Sequence record: SRR20825010_1474
Length of the DNA: 52,948 nt
Reading direction: 5' to 3' (one strand)
Position 1 is the stretch's first letter, and each line of letters opens with the position of its first letter. Positions 28,637-39,153 of this stretch are shown here, in pieces. The position numbers and the translations under genes are program-made. Below the pieces are notes generated by a model. It was not told the origin of the DNA. It saw nothing but the letters and a program-made list of their open reading frames with translations, and ran no database searches.

Positions 28637-29719
28637 CTAATCAATAACGTTATAGGCAATATCAACCACCTCAAATTTTCCATAGACGAATTCCCCATCT
28701 GGGTAATGCCATGTAGCTTCTCCATAAGTGGGCAGTTGGTAGCCGTTAACATTTTTATAATTACCTGCAGGAGTTGAAAAAGGAAACGCTTTCATTTCAG
28801 AAACGGAATAGCGATCATTGGAAACAAAATTAACAAGCTGTCCCTTTTCGTTGAAGTATAAAATAGCAGATATTATAGTGCCATTGTTATTTAAGGTGGC
28901 TTTTGCGCTTAAGTTATCCAAGTTTTCCCAGCTAATTCTATCATCTATAAGAGCGGCTGGGGCAAATAGACATAGATCATTAAAAAAGGTCACCGTTTCC
29001 GTGGGATACAATTCCGGTTTTGCAAGGTCCACCACCGAAAAAAGGGACAAGAGTTTTATTTGCATGCTGGCCGCTTCATTGATGTATTTATGATAGCCAT
29101 AAGTGGGCAGACCCATTACCTGGGCCTTCATAAAGAACAATCGGGTGGGCGAAACGAAAAAATTATATTGTTCCGAAGTAAATTTGAACCAATCCTTGCC
29201 CTTGTCTCGCATTTCTCCTTTAAACACAATTTTAACATTGTTTATCTTAGGCTTTCCTACCGCACCTACATAAACCAGATACTTTTGAACGCACATTGGC
29301 AAAGGAGCCAAATCCTCTTCAGTTAGAAGGTCAGGAGTTGGGGCTTTTATGTTCATGGCAGAAGCAACATCCTCTTTAAAACCTCTTTCAAATATCAAAT
29401 TGGACATACCTACAATGGCCACCACCATTATAATAACATTCGCAATTGTCCCATATTTGGCATCTGCCCAGGTCGTAAAAATTAAACTTTGTGAAAGAAT
29501 CACAACTACAATTCCAAGTAATGGCCACCAGTCCTTTCTTAAATGCAATCCAAGTGCTGTCACTATAAAAAATAGTGCCACCAAGAACCAAAGTATTCCC
29601 ATGGGCCTGGAGATTTCCTTGGTGAATTGTTCCATCTCACCAAATTGGAAGGCTTTGGCAAAACCCAGCAGATGGATAAGGCCGTGTAGAATAATTAACA
29701 ACAGCAATACAATGCGCAT
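28637..29719 (-). CDS. Membrane protein with DUF6544-like C-terminal domain
   Basis: IHGLIHLLGF, four TM segments, then soluble domain; start MRIVLL (29719) preferred over 29749. Confidence 0.7.
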   Translation of the reverse strand: MRIVLLLLIILHGLIHLLGFAKAFQFGEMEQFTKEISRPMGILWFLVALFFIVTALGLHLRKDWWPLLGIVVVILSQSLIFTTWADAKYGTIANVIIMVVAIVGMSNLIFERGFKEDVASAMNIKAPTPDLLTEEDLAPLPMCVQKYLVYVGAVGKPKINNVKIVFKGEMRDKGKDWFKFTSEQYNFFVSPTRLFFMKAQVMGLPTYGYHKYINEAASMQIKLLSLFSVVDLAKPELYPTETVTFFNDLCLFAPAALIDDRISWENLDNLSAKATLNNNGTIISAILYFNEKGQLVNFVSNDRYSVSEMKAFPFSTPAGNYKNVNGYQLPTYGEATWHYPDGEFVYGKFEVVDIAYNVID

Positions 29720-29773
29720 ATCTACCCCTTTGAAATTAAAAATAAACAATACTTATAACTCATAGGTATTTGT

Positions 29774-30223
29774 TCAATGGTCCATCAAATTTGCAAGGGA
29801 CTCGCTATCAATTATAAATTCTGTTATGGCAAAGGCCTCCTTCCTATTGCTGCGAAACAATGTTACGAAATGTGCAACCTCCTCCTCAAGATGTTCATGC
29901 TCCCTAATTATTATGCTGGCATCGGCCTTCTTATAATCCTCCACCATTTGACCCAATTGTGTTCTATGTCTTTGAACTTTCTCCAATAAATCCTGGCATT
30001 TATTCTTTAGGTCGAATAATCCAACTTTTAGTTCTTTTACCATATCCAAATTTTCCGGCTTGGTAATCCACATAAAATATTTGTCTATTAAATGGTGTAA
30101 AAAGCGCAGGTCGTCCTTATAAAACTCCAAATCAGATTTCCAATGCTCCGTTAAAACATACAACTCGGACCATGGTCCGTCCTTTACATATTTGTGGTCC
30201 TTATTGCCTTCGGTATGTTCCAT
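29774..30223 (-). CDS. Hypothetical helical protein
   Basis: 149 aa, HWKSDLEFYKDDLRFL, His/Glu-rich; co-oriented with downstream genes. Confidence 0.75.
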   Translation of the reverse strand: MEHTEGNKDHKYVKDGPWSELYVLTEHWKSDLEFYKDDLRFLHHLIDKYFMWITKPENLDMVKELKVGLFDLKNKCQDLLEKVQRHRTQLGQMVEDYKKADASIIIREHEHLEEEVAHFVTLFRSNRKEAFAITEFIIDSESLANLMDH

Positions 30224-30279
30224 TATATTAAATTTTAAAGATTATAGCCTAAAATTAGTTTAGTCACAGGTCTTTGGAA

Positions 30280-30324
30280 ATGACATATATCAGGTGCCTA
30301 TAAGTGATGCATGACAACGGTCAT
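30280..30324. promoter_or_regulatory. Two FNR/CRP-like palindromes in a divergent promoter
   Basis: ATGAC-ATAT-ATCAG (30280-30293) and ATGAC-AACG-GTCAT (30311-30324), compared with FNR consensus TTGAT-N4-ATCAA. Confidence 0.55.
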
Positions 30325-30376
30325 TTTGAAAATGGAATTTATGCAGTAGCTTGGGAAAAGAAATCGAAATCAGCAA

Positions 30377-31222
30377 ATGATGAAAACCATTCTCTACGCC
30401 ACGGACTATTCCCAAAATTCGGTCGCTGCCTTAAAGTTGGCCCACCTAATGACGAAAAAATTTGACGCAAAATTGTTTGTAATGCACGTTTTTGATATTC
30501 CCCTAACCCTGAGTACCGTATCTATAAGCCACTTAAAAAAGGAGAAAAGATTATTGATAGAAAACAAATCCAAGCTGAAAGAGTTTTGCAAGGAACATCT
30601 GGGTGATACCTGGGAAGGTGGCGATATTAATTTTATAGTTGAAGAAAACGTTTCGGTAGTTCAAACCATCTTGAAGAAAGCAACAGAACTTGAAATTGAT
30701 CTCATTGTTTTAGGGGCCAAAGGCATAAGTGCTGTAAAGCAATTTTTTATGGGAAGTGCAACAACAGCATTGATCAAAAAGGCTCCTTGCGCTGTTTTGG
30801 CAGTACCGGTCATGTTCACCCTCGAAAATTTCCAAAGCATGGTTTATGCCACCGATTTTGAACAGGCCGACATTTTTGCCATCAATAGGCTTGTGGAAAT
30901 TGCTAAGAAATTCAACTCTAAAATAAGTATTGTTCATATATCAACCAGCGCAGAATATGCCGGTGATCAGCAGATGGAATGGTTTAAAGAAATGCTATAT
31001 CAAAAAGTGACTTATGACAAAATGGAATTTGATCTGATATTTGACGATGACATTTTTGAAGGATTAAATAGGTATTTGGAAAATGCCCATGCCAGTATAT
31101 TTGCTATGTTGGAACGAAAGGACAACTCCTTTTCCCAAAGATTCCTACAAGAAGATAAGGTAAAAAAAATGGTGTCTGCTACTACCATCCCATTAATAAG
31201 TTTCAACATTGGGGGGCTATAG
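30377..31222 (+). CDS. Universal stress protein (tandem USP domains)
   Basis: ILYATDYS, DLIVLGAKG...GS, PCAVLAVP, second YATDF. Confidence 0.93.
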   Translation: MMKTILYATDYSQNSVAALKLAHLMTKKFDAKLFVMHVFDIPLTLSTVSISHLKKEKRLLIENKSKLKEFCKEHLGDTWEGGDINFIVEENVSVVQTILKKATELEIDLIVLGAKGISAVKQFFMGSATTALIKKAPCAVLAVPVMFTLENFQSMVYATDFEQADIFAINRLVEIAKKFNSKISIVHISTSAEYAGDQQMEWFKEMLYQKVTYDKMEFDLIFDDDIFEGLNRYLENAHASIFAMLERKDNSFSQRFLQEDKVKKMVSATTIPLISFNIGGL

Positions 31223-31482
31223 GCTGTCCTGCAAAATACTGAACATATGAGATTCTCCTTTGCTGTGTCCTTTCAAAAATTACACGATAGACCTTAATCC
31301 TACAGCTAACGATTAAACCTTTTTATTAATCTTCTTTACTTTCTTTTTGGGTCTTACCTTTGGAAACCCATGTTGAATTACTCGTAAAATTATATTGAGT
31401 TGATGAATTTGACAATTTCTGTATGGATGTTATCGGTTGCCCATTCCCATAAAATAGGGCCTCAACAATTATTTTTAATTTC

Positions 31483-31565
31483 TTATTTAAAATTATTCTA
31501 AATAGTTTTGCACAAGATAAATTTCCATTCTATTTTAGCGCCTTATTTATAACCAGTCTAATTTA
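31483..31565. promoter_or_regulatory. Two AT-rich palindromic boxes, putative iron-repressor (Fur-like) sites
   Basis: TTATTTAAAAT-T-ATTCTAAATAG (31483-31505) and TTATTTATAAC-C-AGTCTAATTTA (31543-31565) upstream of a siderophore-type receptor. Confidence 0.55.
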
Positions 31566-31572
31566 AAATAAG

Positions 31573-33951
31573 ATGAGAAATTTATTTCTACTAATCAATC
31601 TGTTAATAGCCACCTCCATTTTTGCCCAAAATTATGGGACGGTTAGCGGAACTATACTTGACAGTGACAACAATCCTGTTCCTTTCGCCAATATTTTTAT
31701 AGAAAACCTAAAAAAAGGTGGAATGGCCGATGAGTTTGGAAAATATACCCTAACAGAAGTACCCTATGGGGATTGGCAAATTAAAGTTAGTTCGGTAGGG
31801 TTTCGGACTATAAAATTTCCCATAACCGTATCCTCTGCCAATATCGATAATCAAGTAATAAAGCTTAGTATGGACAACCCTTTGAGCGAAGTAGAAGTAT
31901 TTGGCAGAAGATTGTCTCATCCTGATAAAATAGAGGCCCTTACACGTCTTCCTTTGGAGCCTTACGAACAGATTCAGAGTATATCGGTCATTTCAGAGAA
32001 ACTAATAACAAATCAAGGTGCCCTTACCATTTCAGAAGCTACCAAAAACGTTCCCGGAGTATATACTTTTGCCACCTATGGCAACAAACGTGAGAGTATG
32101 TCCTCCCGAGGTTTTAGAGGCATCCCCATCCTAAAGAATGGGGTTAGGGTCCATTCTGATTTTAGGGGTGTAGGTATTTTGACCGATATGCAGGGAGTGG
32201 ACAACATACAGGTATTAAAAGGCGCAGCCTCAATTACACAAGGGGTTGCGACAGATTTGGGAAGTCCGGGAGGAGTTATCAATATTGTAACCAAGACACC
32301 GATCTACCAATTTGGGGGAGCGGTTACCCAACGCTTCGGCAGTTTTGGGCAGGTAAGGCCTACCTTCGATATTTATGGCCCTTTAGATGACAATCAGTCT
32401 GTGGCCTTCCGTATCAATGGTGCCTTGGAACGGGCAGATAGTTTTAGGTCTGGTGTAAGTTCCGAGCGCATCTATATCAATCCTTCCCTACAATGGAAAA
32501 TAGACGATAGGACGAAGATTACCCTTGAGTTTGATCATTTTGACGATAGCAGAACCCCCGATCTAGGAACCGTAAATCTGGCCTCCAACGATGTAAGTGC
32601 CATTTATGACCTCCCTACAGATCAATTTCTAGGATTTGCAAACGACCGTTCACTTACCAAAAATACCACCTATTCACTGAGGTTCGACAGGCAGTTGAAC
32701 GATAAACTTACTGTGAAGACCGCCTTTTATAAATCCCATTTAAAATTGGACGACAAAGGTGCCAGTCTTGGAAGTGTAGTTTCCATAGATGATGTGGAGC
32801 AATACAATCTGCGCACCAGAGGCTACTCTACCTCTACCCGAAACGATGATAATGGTGTTTTACAGATTGATCTAATTGGTGATGATGTTAAAACTGGAAG
32901 CATCAATCATACCTTTCAGGTGGGGTTCGACTATAGAACTTCAAAATATAGTACAACTAGTCAATCCCTTAGCGCCCTGGACACCATCAATGTTTTTGAG
33001 AGCAATTCCAATACTTTGCCCAATGTAACACTCAACAGTGGCAATCCTGATGGTGCAGAAAGCAAATCCCTGGGCCTTGTAGCACAGGACGTGGTTTCCT
33101 GGACAGAATGGTTCAAAACATTTTTGGGAATCAGATATAGTACAACGGAAACCATTACGGATACAGAAAATGATAAAAGTGACGCCTTTAGCCCACTTGG
33201 AGGCATCATAGTCAATCCCTTCAAAAATATTAACGTTTTTGCCTCCTACACCAATAGTGCCTATCCAAGAACTGCTGCACGGCTAAGTGTCAATGGCGAA
33301 GCTCTGGGTAATGAACGATATGACCAATTGGAAGCTGGTGTAAAAACGAGTTGGCTTGCCGACCGTCTGCGATTTAACCTGACCCTTTTTAAAATCAACA
33401 ATAAGAATATTAACTTACCTGTCTACGACGAGAACTGGGTAGCTACGGGCTATTACCAAAAAGGTGGCAACGACCAAAGACAGGGAGTTGAGGTGGAACT
33501 AACCGGGCGTATACTGGAAAATTTGACCGCAGTTGCCGGTTATTCCTACATTGATGCACAGTACAAGGAACACACCTCTTATGTTTATGGTTCGGCACCA
33601 CTTAACACCCCTAAACACACCGCCAATGTATATTTGGACTATAAGTTTCAAGGTCCACTGGAAGGACTTTCATTGGGAGGTGGGGTATACTATACTGGCG
33701 AAAGGCCCATCAACGATTGGTCGTCCGGGGCAGTTACCCATCAGGGTATAGTTCCCAATGAAAAACCATTCAATGTAGAAGCTTATACCTTGACCAATCT
33801 TCAGGCAGGATTTAAGTTCAACCATCATTGGGATGTTAGGCTAATGGTAAACAATGTTTTTGACCAAATTGGTTACAACGCCTATCGTACCAGCTATATT
33901 AACCAGACCGACCCTAGATCCTTTGCTGGAATATTACGATATACACTTTAA
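31573..33951 (+). CDS. TonB-dependent receptor, siderophore-receptor type
   Basis: Signal peptide, carboxypeptidase-regulatory-like N-domain, plug (NVPGV, SRGF, PGGVINIVTK), barrel with NNVFD and C-terminal LRYTL. Confidence 0.93.
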   Translation: MRNLFLLINLLIATSIFAQNYGTVSGTILDSDNNPVPFANIFIENLKKGGMADEFGKYTLTEVPYGDWQIKVSSVGFRTIKFPITVSSANIDNQVIKLSMDNPLSEVEVFGRRLSHPDKIEALTRLPLEPYEQIQSISVISEKLITNQGALTISEATKNVPGVYTFATYGNKRESMSSRGFRGIPILKNGVRVHSDFRGVGILTDMQGVDNIQVLKGAASITQGVATDLGSPGGVINIVTKTPIYQFGGAVTQRFGSFGQVRPTFDIYGPLDDNQSVAFRINGALERADSFRSGVSSERIYINPSLQWKIDDRTKITLEFDHFDDSRTPDLGTVNLASNDVSAIYDLPTDQFLGFANDRSLTKNTTYSLRFDRQLNDKLTVKTAFYKSHLKLDDKGASLGSVVSIDDVEQYNLRTRGYSTSTRNDDNGVLQIDLIGDDVKTGSINHTFQVGFDYRTSKYSTTSQSLSALDTINVFESNSNTLPNVTLNSGNPDGAESKSLGLVAQDVVSWTEWFKTFLGIRYSTTETITDTENDKSDAFSPLGGIIVNPFKNINVFASYTNSAYPRTAARLSVNGEALGNERYDQLEAGVKTSWLADRLRFNLTLFKINNKNINLPVYDENWVATGYYQKGGNDQRQGVEVELTGRILENLTAVAGYSYIDAQYKEHTSYVYGSAPLNTPKHTANVYLDYKFQGPLEGLSLGGGVYYTGERPINDWSSGAVTHQGIVPNEKPFNVEAYTLTNLQAGFKFNHHWDVRLMVNNVFDQIGYNAYRTSYINQTDPRSFAGILRYTL

Positions 33952-33972
33952 TAGCTAAAAAATAGCCCGAAC

Positions 33973-35127
33973 ATGTCCAAAAAAACTAAAAAATATACCT
34001 TCAGAAAATTTATAAACGATGCGCATCTTTGGTTGGGAATAGGCAGTGGAATTATTTTATTCCTTGTCTGTTTCAGTGGCACGGTATTAACTTTTGAGGA
34101 GGAAATAAAGACGCTCTTTGCCAAAGAATTTGTAGTTGCCGATGCAACGGGAAGCCCTCTTTCCATGAAGGAACTGTCGGAATCTTTGTCCAAGGAAGGA
34201 ATCGTAACCAATGTTACCATCCCTGCAAAAACGAAAGAAGCCTTTAAATTCAGTGTAAAAACCTCTCCAAAGGAAAGAAGGGGCACCACCTTTTTCGTTG
34301 ACCCATATTCCGGGAAATACCAAAAAGTTCAAAAATCCAATTTGGACGGATTCTTTATGACCATGTTTAAAATGCACAGGTGGTTATTGTTGGAAACCGA
34401 AGTAGGAAGACCTATCGTAGGCGTTGCCACCCTTATCTTTCTGTTCTTGGCGGTCAGTGGAATTATCCTGTGGTTTCCCAAAAGGATGAAGTGGAAGAAT
34501 TTTAAGCCAGGCTTCAAAATTAAGTTCAATGCAAACTGGAAGCGGATCAACCATGACCTACATAACACACTTGGATTTTATGCGTGTATCTTTTTGGTCG
34601 TCATGTCGCTAACCGGGCTATTTTGGTCCTTTGAATGGTATCGCGACGCTGGCAGCAAGGTATTGGGCACCAAGGTTTTCGGAAATCGCGGTGGTGGTCC
34701 ACAGTTTGAATCGGCACTAGAGCCCGGTAGCTCGCAAAAAACCTTTGAGGAGATACTACAGCTTACATCAGTCGAGTTGGCCTATGAAGGTGAGACCACT
34801 ATTACCATACCGGCTAAGGACAATGAGGTCTACACCATTACCAAAAACAATAACTCCAGATTTTCACCTGTCATAACCGACAAGCTTATATTGGATAGGG
34901 ATGGAACCCTTCTACATAAAGAACTTTTTGCCAATAAGCCATTGAACGTTCAGATAGCCTCTTTGATCAAGCCCATACATTTGGGTACTATTTACGGTAC
35001 TTTTTCTAAAATTATTTACTTTCTTGCCTGCCTAATTGCCACTAGTTTGCCCATTACAGGAACCCTTATCTGGATCAACAAACTAAAAACCAAAAAGGCA
35101 AAAAAGAAGCAGCCTGCATTTGTCTAA
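33973..35127 (+). CDS. PepSY-associated TM helix protein
   Basis: HLWLGI, VDPYSG, MHRWLL, DLHNTLG, IHLG; typical partner of siderophore receptors. Confidence 0.9.
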   Translation: MSKKTKKYTFRKFINDAHLWLGIGSGIILFLVCFSGTVLTFEEEIKTLFAKEFVVADATGSPLSMKELSESLSKEGIVTNVTIPAKTKEAFKFSVKTSPKERRGTTFFVDPYSGKYQKVQKSNLDGFFMTMFKMHRWLLLETEVGRPIVGVATLIFLFLAVSGIILWFPKRMKWKNFKPGFKIKFNANWKRINHDLHNTLGFYACIFLVVMSLTGLFWSFEWYRDAGSKVLGTKVFGNRGGGPQFESALEPGSSQKTFEEILQLTSVELAYEGETTITIPAKDNEVYTITKNNNSRFSPVITDKLILDRDGTLLHKELFANKPLNVQIASLIKPIHLGTIYGTFSKIIYFLACLIATSLPITGTLIWINKLKTKKAKKKQPAFV

Positions 35128-35173
35128 ACCCCATTGTATATGGTTACAACATCTTTAAGTTATCATAGGGCCT

Positions 35174-36481
35174 TTAGTGGCCCTTTTCTTTTCCGCCACT
35201 CCAACGCAGTATAAGATATCCGACCAAACCTGAAGCAACAGACCCAATTAAAATACCAACTTTGGCGGAATCAATAAATATTACATTGCTTGCAAACGCC
35301 AAATTGGCTATAAAAATGGACATAGTAAAACCTACTCCTGCCAAAATAGCTATTCCCGAAATCTGGAGGAAATTAATGTCCTCTGGCAATACAGCAATCT
35401 TTAATTTAATCCCTATCCAGGATAATAATGTAACACCAACCAATTTCCCCAAAAACAAGGCTATAGCGATATTCATCATCAATGAAGTATTCAATTCCAT
35501 ATTAGTTCCAAATACAACTCCTGCATTGGCCAAGGCAAAAATGGGCATAATAAAATAGGCCACCCAACCATGAAGTCGATGCTCCAATTTTTGTAGGGGC
35601 GATGTAAATTTATCGGTCAAATCCTCCAAATCGTCCATATGCCCTATTTGTTCATTGGATAATACCGGAACATTCTCGTTATTGGATTGGGCAATACCGG
35701 TCATGATTTTGGATAAATTCTCCTTAAAATACTGCATATCTATCTTTTGCCGAATTGGCACAGTAAAGGCAACAAGTACACCCGCTATAGTTGGATGTAT
35801 ACCCGACTTTAAAAAAAGCACCCAAATTATGACCCCAAGAATTACTGTCCAGTACTTGGAATAGACCCCCTTAAACCCTAGGAAAGAGAGTATTAGCAAT
35901 GGAATTAATGCATATAAAATTAATAGCCAATCAACCCCTCCGCTATAAAAAATGGCAATGACCATTACGGCTCCCAAATCGTCTACTATGGCGAATGCAG
36001 TAAGAAATATTTTAAGGCTTAGGGGAACTCTATCCCCTAATAGTTTCAAAATTGCCAAGGAAAAAGCAATATCAGTTGCCATAGGAATACCCCAGCCTTG
36101 GGCCGTTTGGGGAGAGTCATTTAAGAAAAGAAATAACAACAAAGGAAAGATCATTCCCCCGATTGCGGCGAACAAAGGAAACATTGCTTTTCGAAGTCCG
36201 TTAAGTTCCCCTATCAGAAGCTCCCGTTTAATTTCCAATCCGATCAGAAAGAAAAATAAAGCCATGAGGCCGTCGTTGATCCATAGAATAAGCGGTTTTG
36301 TAAGCTGAAAAGTTTCAGAGCCGACACCAATTTTATACTGCCATAAGGAATTGTAGGAATCACTAAACCCGGAATTTGCCCAAATCATGGCAATGAGTGT
36401 AGCACTAAATAATAGGATACCACTTAAACTCTCTATTTTTACGAATTTCTGAAAGGGTGTAAGAATAATTCTTTTGATCAT
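35174..36481 (-). CDS. nhaA: Na+/H+ antiporter NhaA
   Basis: WINDGLMALFF, GLEIKRE, GWGIPMATDIAF, AIVDD, GVGFTMSIFI; start MIKRII at 36481. Confidence 0.96.
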   Translation of the reverse strand: MIKRIILTPFQKFVKIESLSGILLFSATLIAMIWANSGFSDSYNSLWQYKIGVGSETFQLTKPLILWINDGLMALFFFLIGLEIKRELLIGELNGLRKAMFPLFAAIGGMIFPLLLFLFLNDSPQTAQGWGIPMATDIAFSLAILKLLGDRVPLSLKIFLTAFAIVDDLGAVMVIAIFYSGGVDWLLILYALIPLLILSFLGFKGVYSKYWTVILGVIIWVLFLKSGIHPTIAGVLVAFTVPIRQKIDMQYFKENLSKIMTGIAQSNNENVPVLSNEQIGHMDDLEDLTDKFTSPLQKLEHRLHGWVAYFIMPIFALANAGVVFGTNMELNTSLMMNIAIALFLGKLVGVTLLSWIGIKLKIAVLPEDINFLQISGIAILAGVGFTMSIFIANLAFASNVIFIDSAKVGILIGSVASGLVGYLILRWSGGKEKGH

Positions 36482-36711
36482 AAAATTTAAATGTAAGTGA
36501 ACAAAAAGGTCATAAATGTAAAAATACATAAATGCATTAAATAGCAATGGAAAGGCTCTTATTCATAGATTTCGATTTAAAAAGAATTTGTACTCTTTAT
36601 TACTAAGGATCAATTCCATAGGAAGCCGATAAGTATAAATTAGGCAGCTATCCATTCCCAATTTTTACAATTTAATTAACAAACAGTAACTAATAACCTT
36701 CTATGAATATT

Positions 36712-38946
36712 CTAATCAAACTCGATTTTTGAGACCAGCCTTAACATTTTTCCACTTAAGGAAAATAGCCAGTGCAATTGTTCTGTAACCAAGTGGGCTT
36801 CCTGAAGTTCGCGCTCCAATTTTATGTCTACCCTAGAGGAAAGTTCAATATTCTTGGGTACAAAGGAGGGAAGCTGTTCCTTGGCGAACTGATTGTTATG
36901 GGAATCAATGGGTGCCTGGTCGGATTTTGAATTCTCTAAGGCCTGAAGTACCTGCTCCAAATTTTCATCAATTTCAGAAATAAAATTTTTAAATTTTAAC
37001 GAAGCCTCAGTAGTAGGATTGTTCTGGATAAAAGTACTGAATGACGCCAAAGACGAAAGAAAGGTATGGTTAAGCACAACCAGTTCATATATTTTATCCA
37101 AATTTTTCTGTTTGGACACAGGTTCTTGGGCCATTCTCTGAAAGGCCGAACTAAGGTTGGAAGTTTCTACGAAAGCCTCCTTTCGGGATACCTTATAAGT
37201 GGTAGTCACCTTACCCTTTTGTTCGTAATAACGGGCAATTTGGGCAAGAAATGCTCTATTGGCCTTAACGCTATTTTTTATTTGCTCTCGGATCTCCATA
37301 AATCCCCAAGCCGGCAAAATCCATAACATGGCCACAAAAGACAGACCTGCTCCAATAAGCGTATCCAATACTCTGTACTGTATAACGGTAATCACATCTG
37401 GACGAATAATGGCGTAAACAAATACTACTGTAAGTGTTATGAATGTTGCCCCTGCCCTATAATTCTTCTGGACCATTGAAAAGGCAATAACCAATGACAC
37501 CACTCCCAAAGCTCCAAACATATAGGGGTTCTGTATTAGAAATACAAAACCGGTTGCAATAGCGCCTCCTATAAGTGTTCCAATAATTCTATCTTTTGTA
37601 CGGGATTTGGTAAGGCCATAACTGGGCCGCATTATAACGATAATGGTTAAGAGTATCCAATAAGGGTTCTGAAAATCAAAAAAGTTACCTAAGGCATACC
37701 CGATCATTACTGTCACTGACAGCCTTAACGAATGTTTAAATATGGCAGACCTAAAACTAAAGTTGCTCAGCAATAGTTTGGGATCGTAATCTTGGGCAAC
37801 TATAAAACGTTTGGCAGCAGCCTGGTCTACCAAATCCACCGAGCCCATATCAGGATTCCCTAGAAGCCATTTTATCTTTTTGAGCTTTTCAAATTGTTTT
37901 TCAAGATATTGTAAAAGGTTTTGAAGCATTAGGAATCCCTCATAATCTTCAGTGCCCGTTTCCTTCCTGAAGCTGGCTATTTCGTGTTCCACCTTACCAA
38001 AATATTGTACCAATTTGGAATTTTTGGGAAACTTGCTTTGGTCGGTTCCTGCCTCGGCGATTATCCTTAATTGACCTGCCATTTCAAATATTAGATTCTG
38101 AAAGCTATCTATAAACTCGGGGTGGTCTCCAAAAAGAGCATCCATTTTGTCATAATTGACCGGATTTGCTATAGCGGTTTCAAGCATGTCTATTAATTCA
38201 ACAAAAATCAACAGTCTTTTGGCCTGATAACTTGATCTTCCCGAACTTTTCCTTGAAAGCAGTAAAATTTCCCTTAGGGTTTCATGATGTTCAATTAACT
38301 TACTCTGAATCTCATATAATTTGGACTGCAATTCCAATCGATCCATCTTCGGACCTACCAATTTAGCCCGAGTTTCCAGAAATTCGGCGGTGAGCCTATA
38401 AGTCTCCCAAAAAAGCTCTTCGGTCTGCGCTTTGGGATTTATACGATACCAAAGTACGGCCAATAGCAAATACCATAGTCCACCCGCACCTATTAAAAGT
38501 GCGTATTCATAAATTTCCAATTCCTGCGATTCATGGGCGAAACTCAATACCAGGGCCAGCAAGCCGGAAAAACTGATTAGGGAAGCCCTAAAACCATAAA
38601 CCGAAATAAAGGCGATTGCAAAAGTTAGAAGCCCCAAAACAGGAATCAACAACCACGTTTCGAACTTGAGATAGCCCCCAATAAAACTAACCAACATTAC
38701 CAGCAGCGCAGAAAATAGGATCCCAAACTTCTTATGACGAAAATTGCCACTCACATCACTGGGCGAACTCCAAAAGGCCCCAAAGCAAAGCGCAAGTCCA
38801 ATTTCTAAATGTCCCCATCTGATGGAAAGTAAAATAGGTACCGTAACCGCAATGGCAATCAGAATGGCCTTAGAGAAATTGGTACTTTTCAAAAAGTGCA
38901 GCAGTTCCCTAAAATTATTGAAAATGATTTGGCTGTATGATTTCAA
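36712..38946 (-). CDS. FUSC family (YccS/YhfK-like) membrane protein
   Basis: Two TM clusters; FKHSLRL, YWILLTIIVIMRP, RIIGTLIGG, RVLDTLIG. Confidence 0.9.
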   Translation of the reverse strand: MKSYSQIIFNNFRELLHFLKSTNFSKAILIAIAVTVPILLSIRWGHLEIGLALCFGAFWSSPSDVSGNFRHKKFGILFSALLVMLVSFIGGYLKFETWLLIPVLGLLTFAIAFISVYGFRASLISFSGLLALVLSFAHESQELEIYEYALLIGAGGLWYLLLAVLWYRINPKAQTEELFWETYRLTAEFLETRAKLVGPKMDRLELQSKLYEIQSKLIEHHETLREILLLSRKSSGRSSYQAKRLLIFVELIDMLETAIANPVNYDKMDALFGDHPEFIDSFQNLIFEMAGQLRIIAEAGTDQSKFPKNSKLVQYFGKVEHEIASFRKETGTEDYEGFLMLQNLLQYLEKQFEKLKKIKWLLGNPDMGSVDLVDQAAAKRFIVAQDYDPKLLLSNFSFRSAIFKHSLRLSVTVMIGYALGNFFDFQNPYWILLTIIVIMRPSYGLTKSRTKDRIIGTLIGGAIATGFVFLIQNPYMFGALGVVSLVIAFSMVQKNYRAGATFITLTVVFVYAIIRPDVITVIQYRVLDTLIGAGLSFVAMLWILPAWGFMEIREQIKNSVKANRAFLAQIARYYEQKGKVTTTYKVSRKEAFVETSNLSSAFQRMAQEPVSKQKNLDKIYELVVLNHTFLSSLASFSTFIQNNPTTEASLKFKNFISEIDENLEQVLQALENSKSDQAPIDSHNNQFAKEQLPSFVPKNIELSSRVDIKLERELQEAHLVTEQLHWLFSLSGKMLRLVSKIEFD

Positions 38947-39123
38947 TACATAATTGTTCAGCCATAAAGATACGATTTGCCATGGCTAAGGCAAACATTG
39001 GAATATTCTGTTTTCGGGAAATATTGTTTAAGAAAAAAACTGGCCGAAGATGGAATCACATGAACAGACCCATAAATTAAACGTTTGTATAAACTTTGAA
39101 ATAAAATATAAAAATGATATTTT

Positions 39124-39153
39124 TGTTTAACCTTTTTTAAAAATTAATGAACA
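39124..39153. promoter_or_regulatory. Putative CarH-like operator (autoregulatory)
   Basis: TGTTTAA-N16-ATGAACA; right arm overlaps the regulator start codon. Confidence 0.5.

Noticed and set aside
31573-35127. SusC/SusD polysaccharide utilisation locus
   Set aside because: The receptor is short and siderophore-like and is followed by a PepSY protein, not a SusD lipoprotein.
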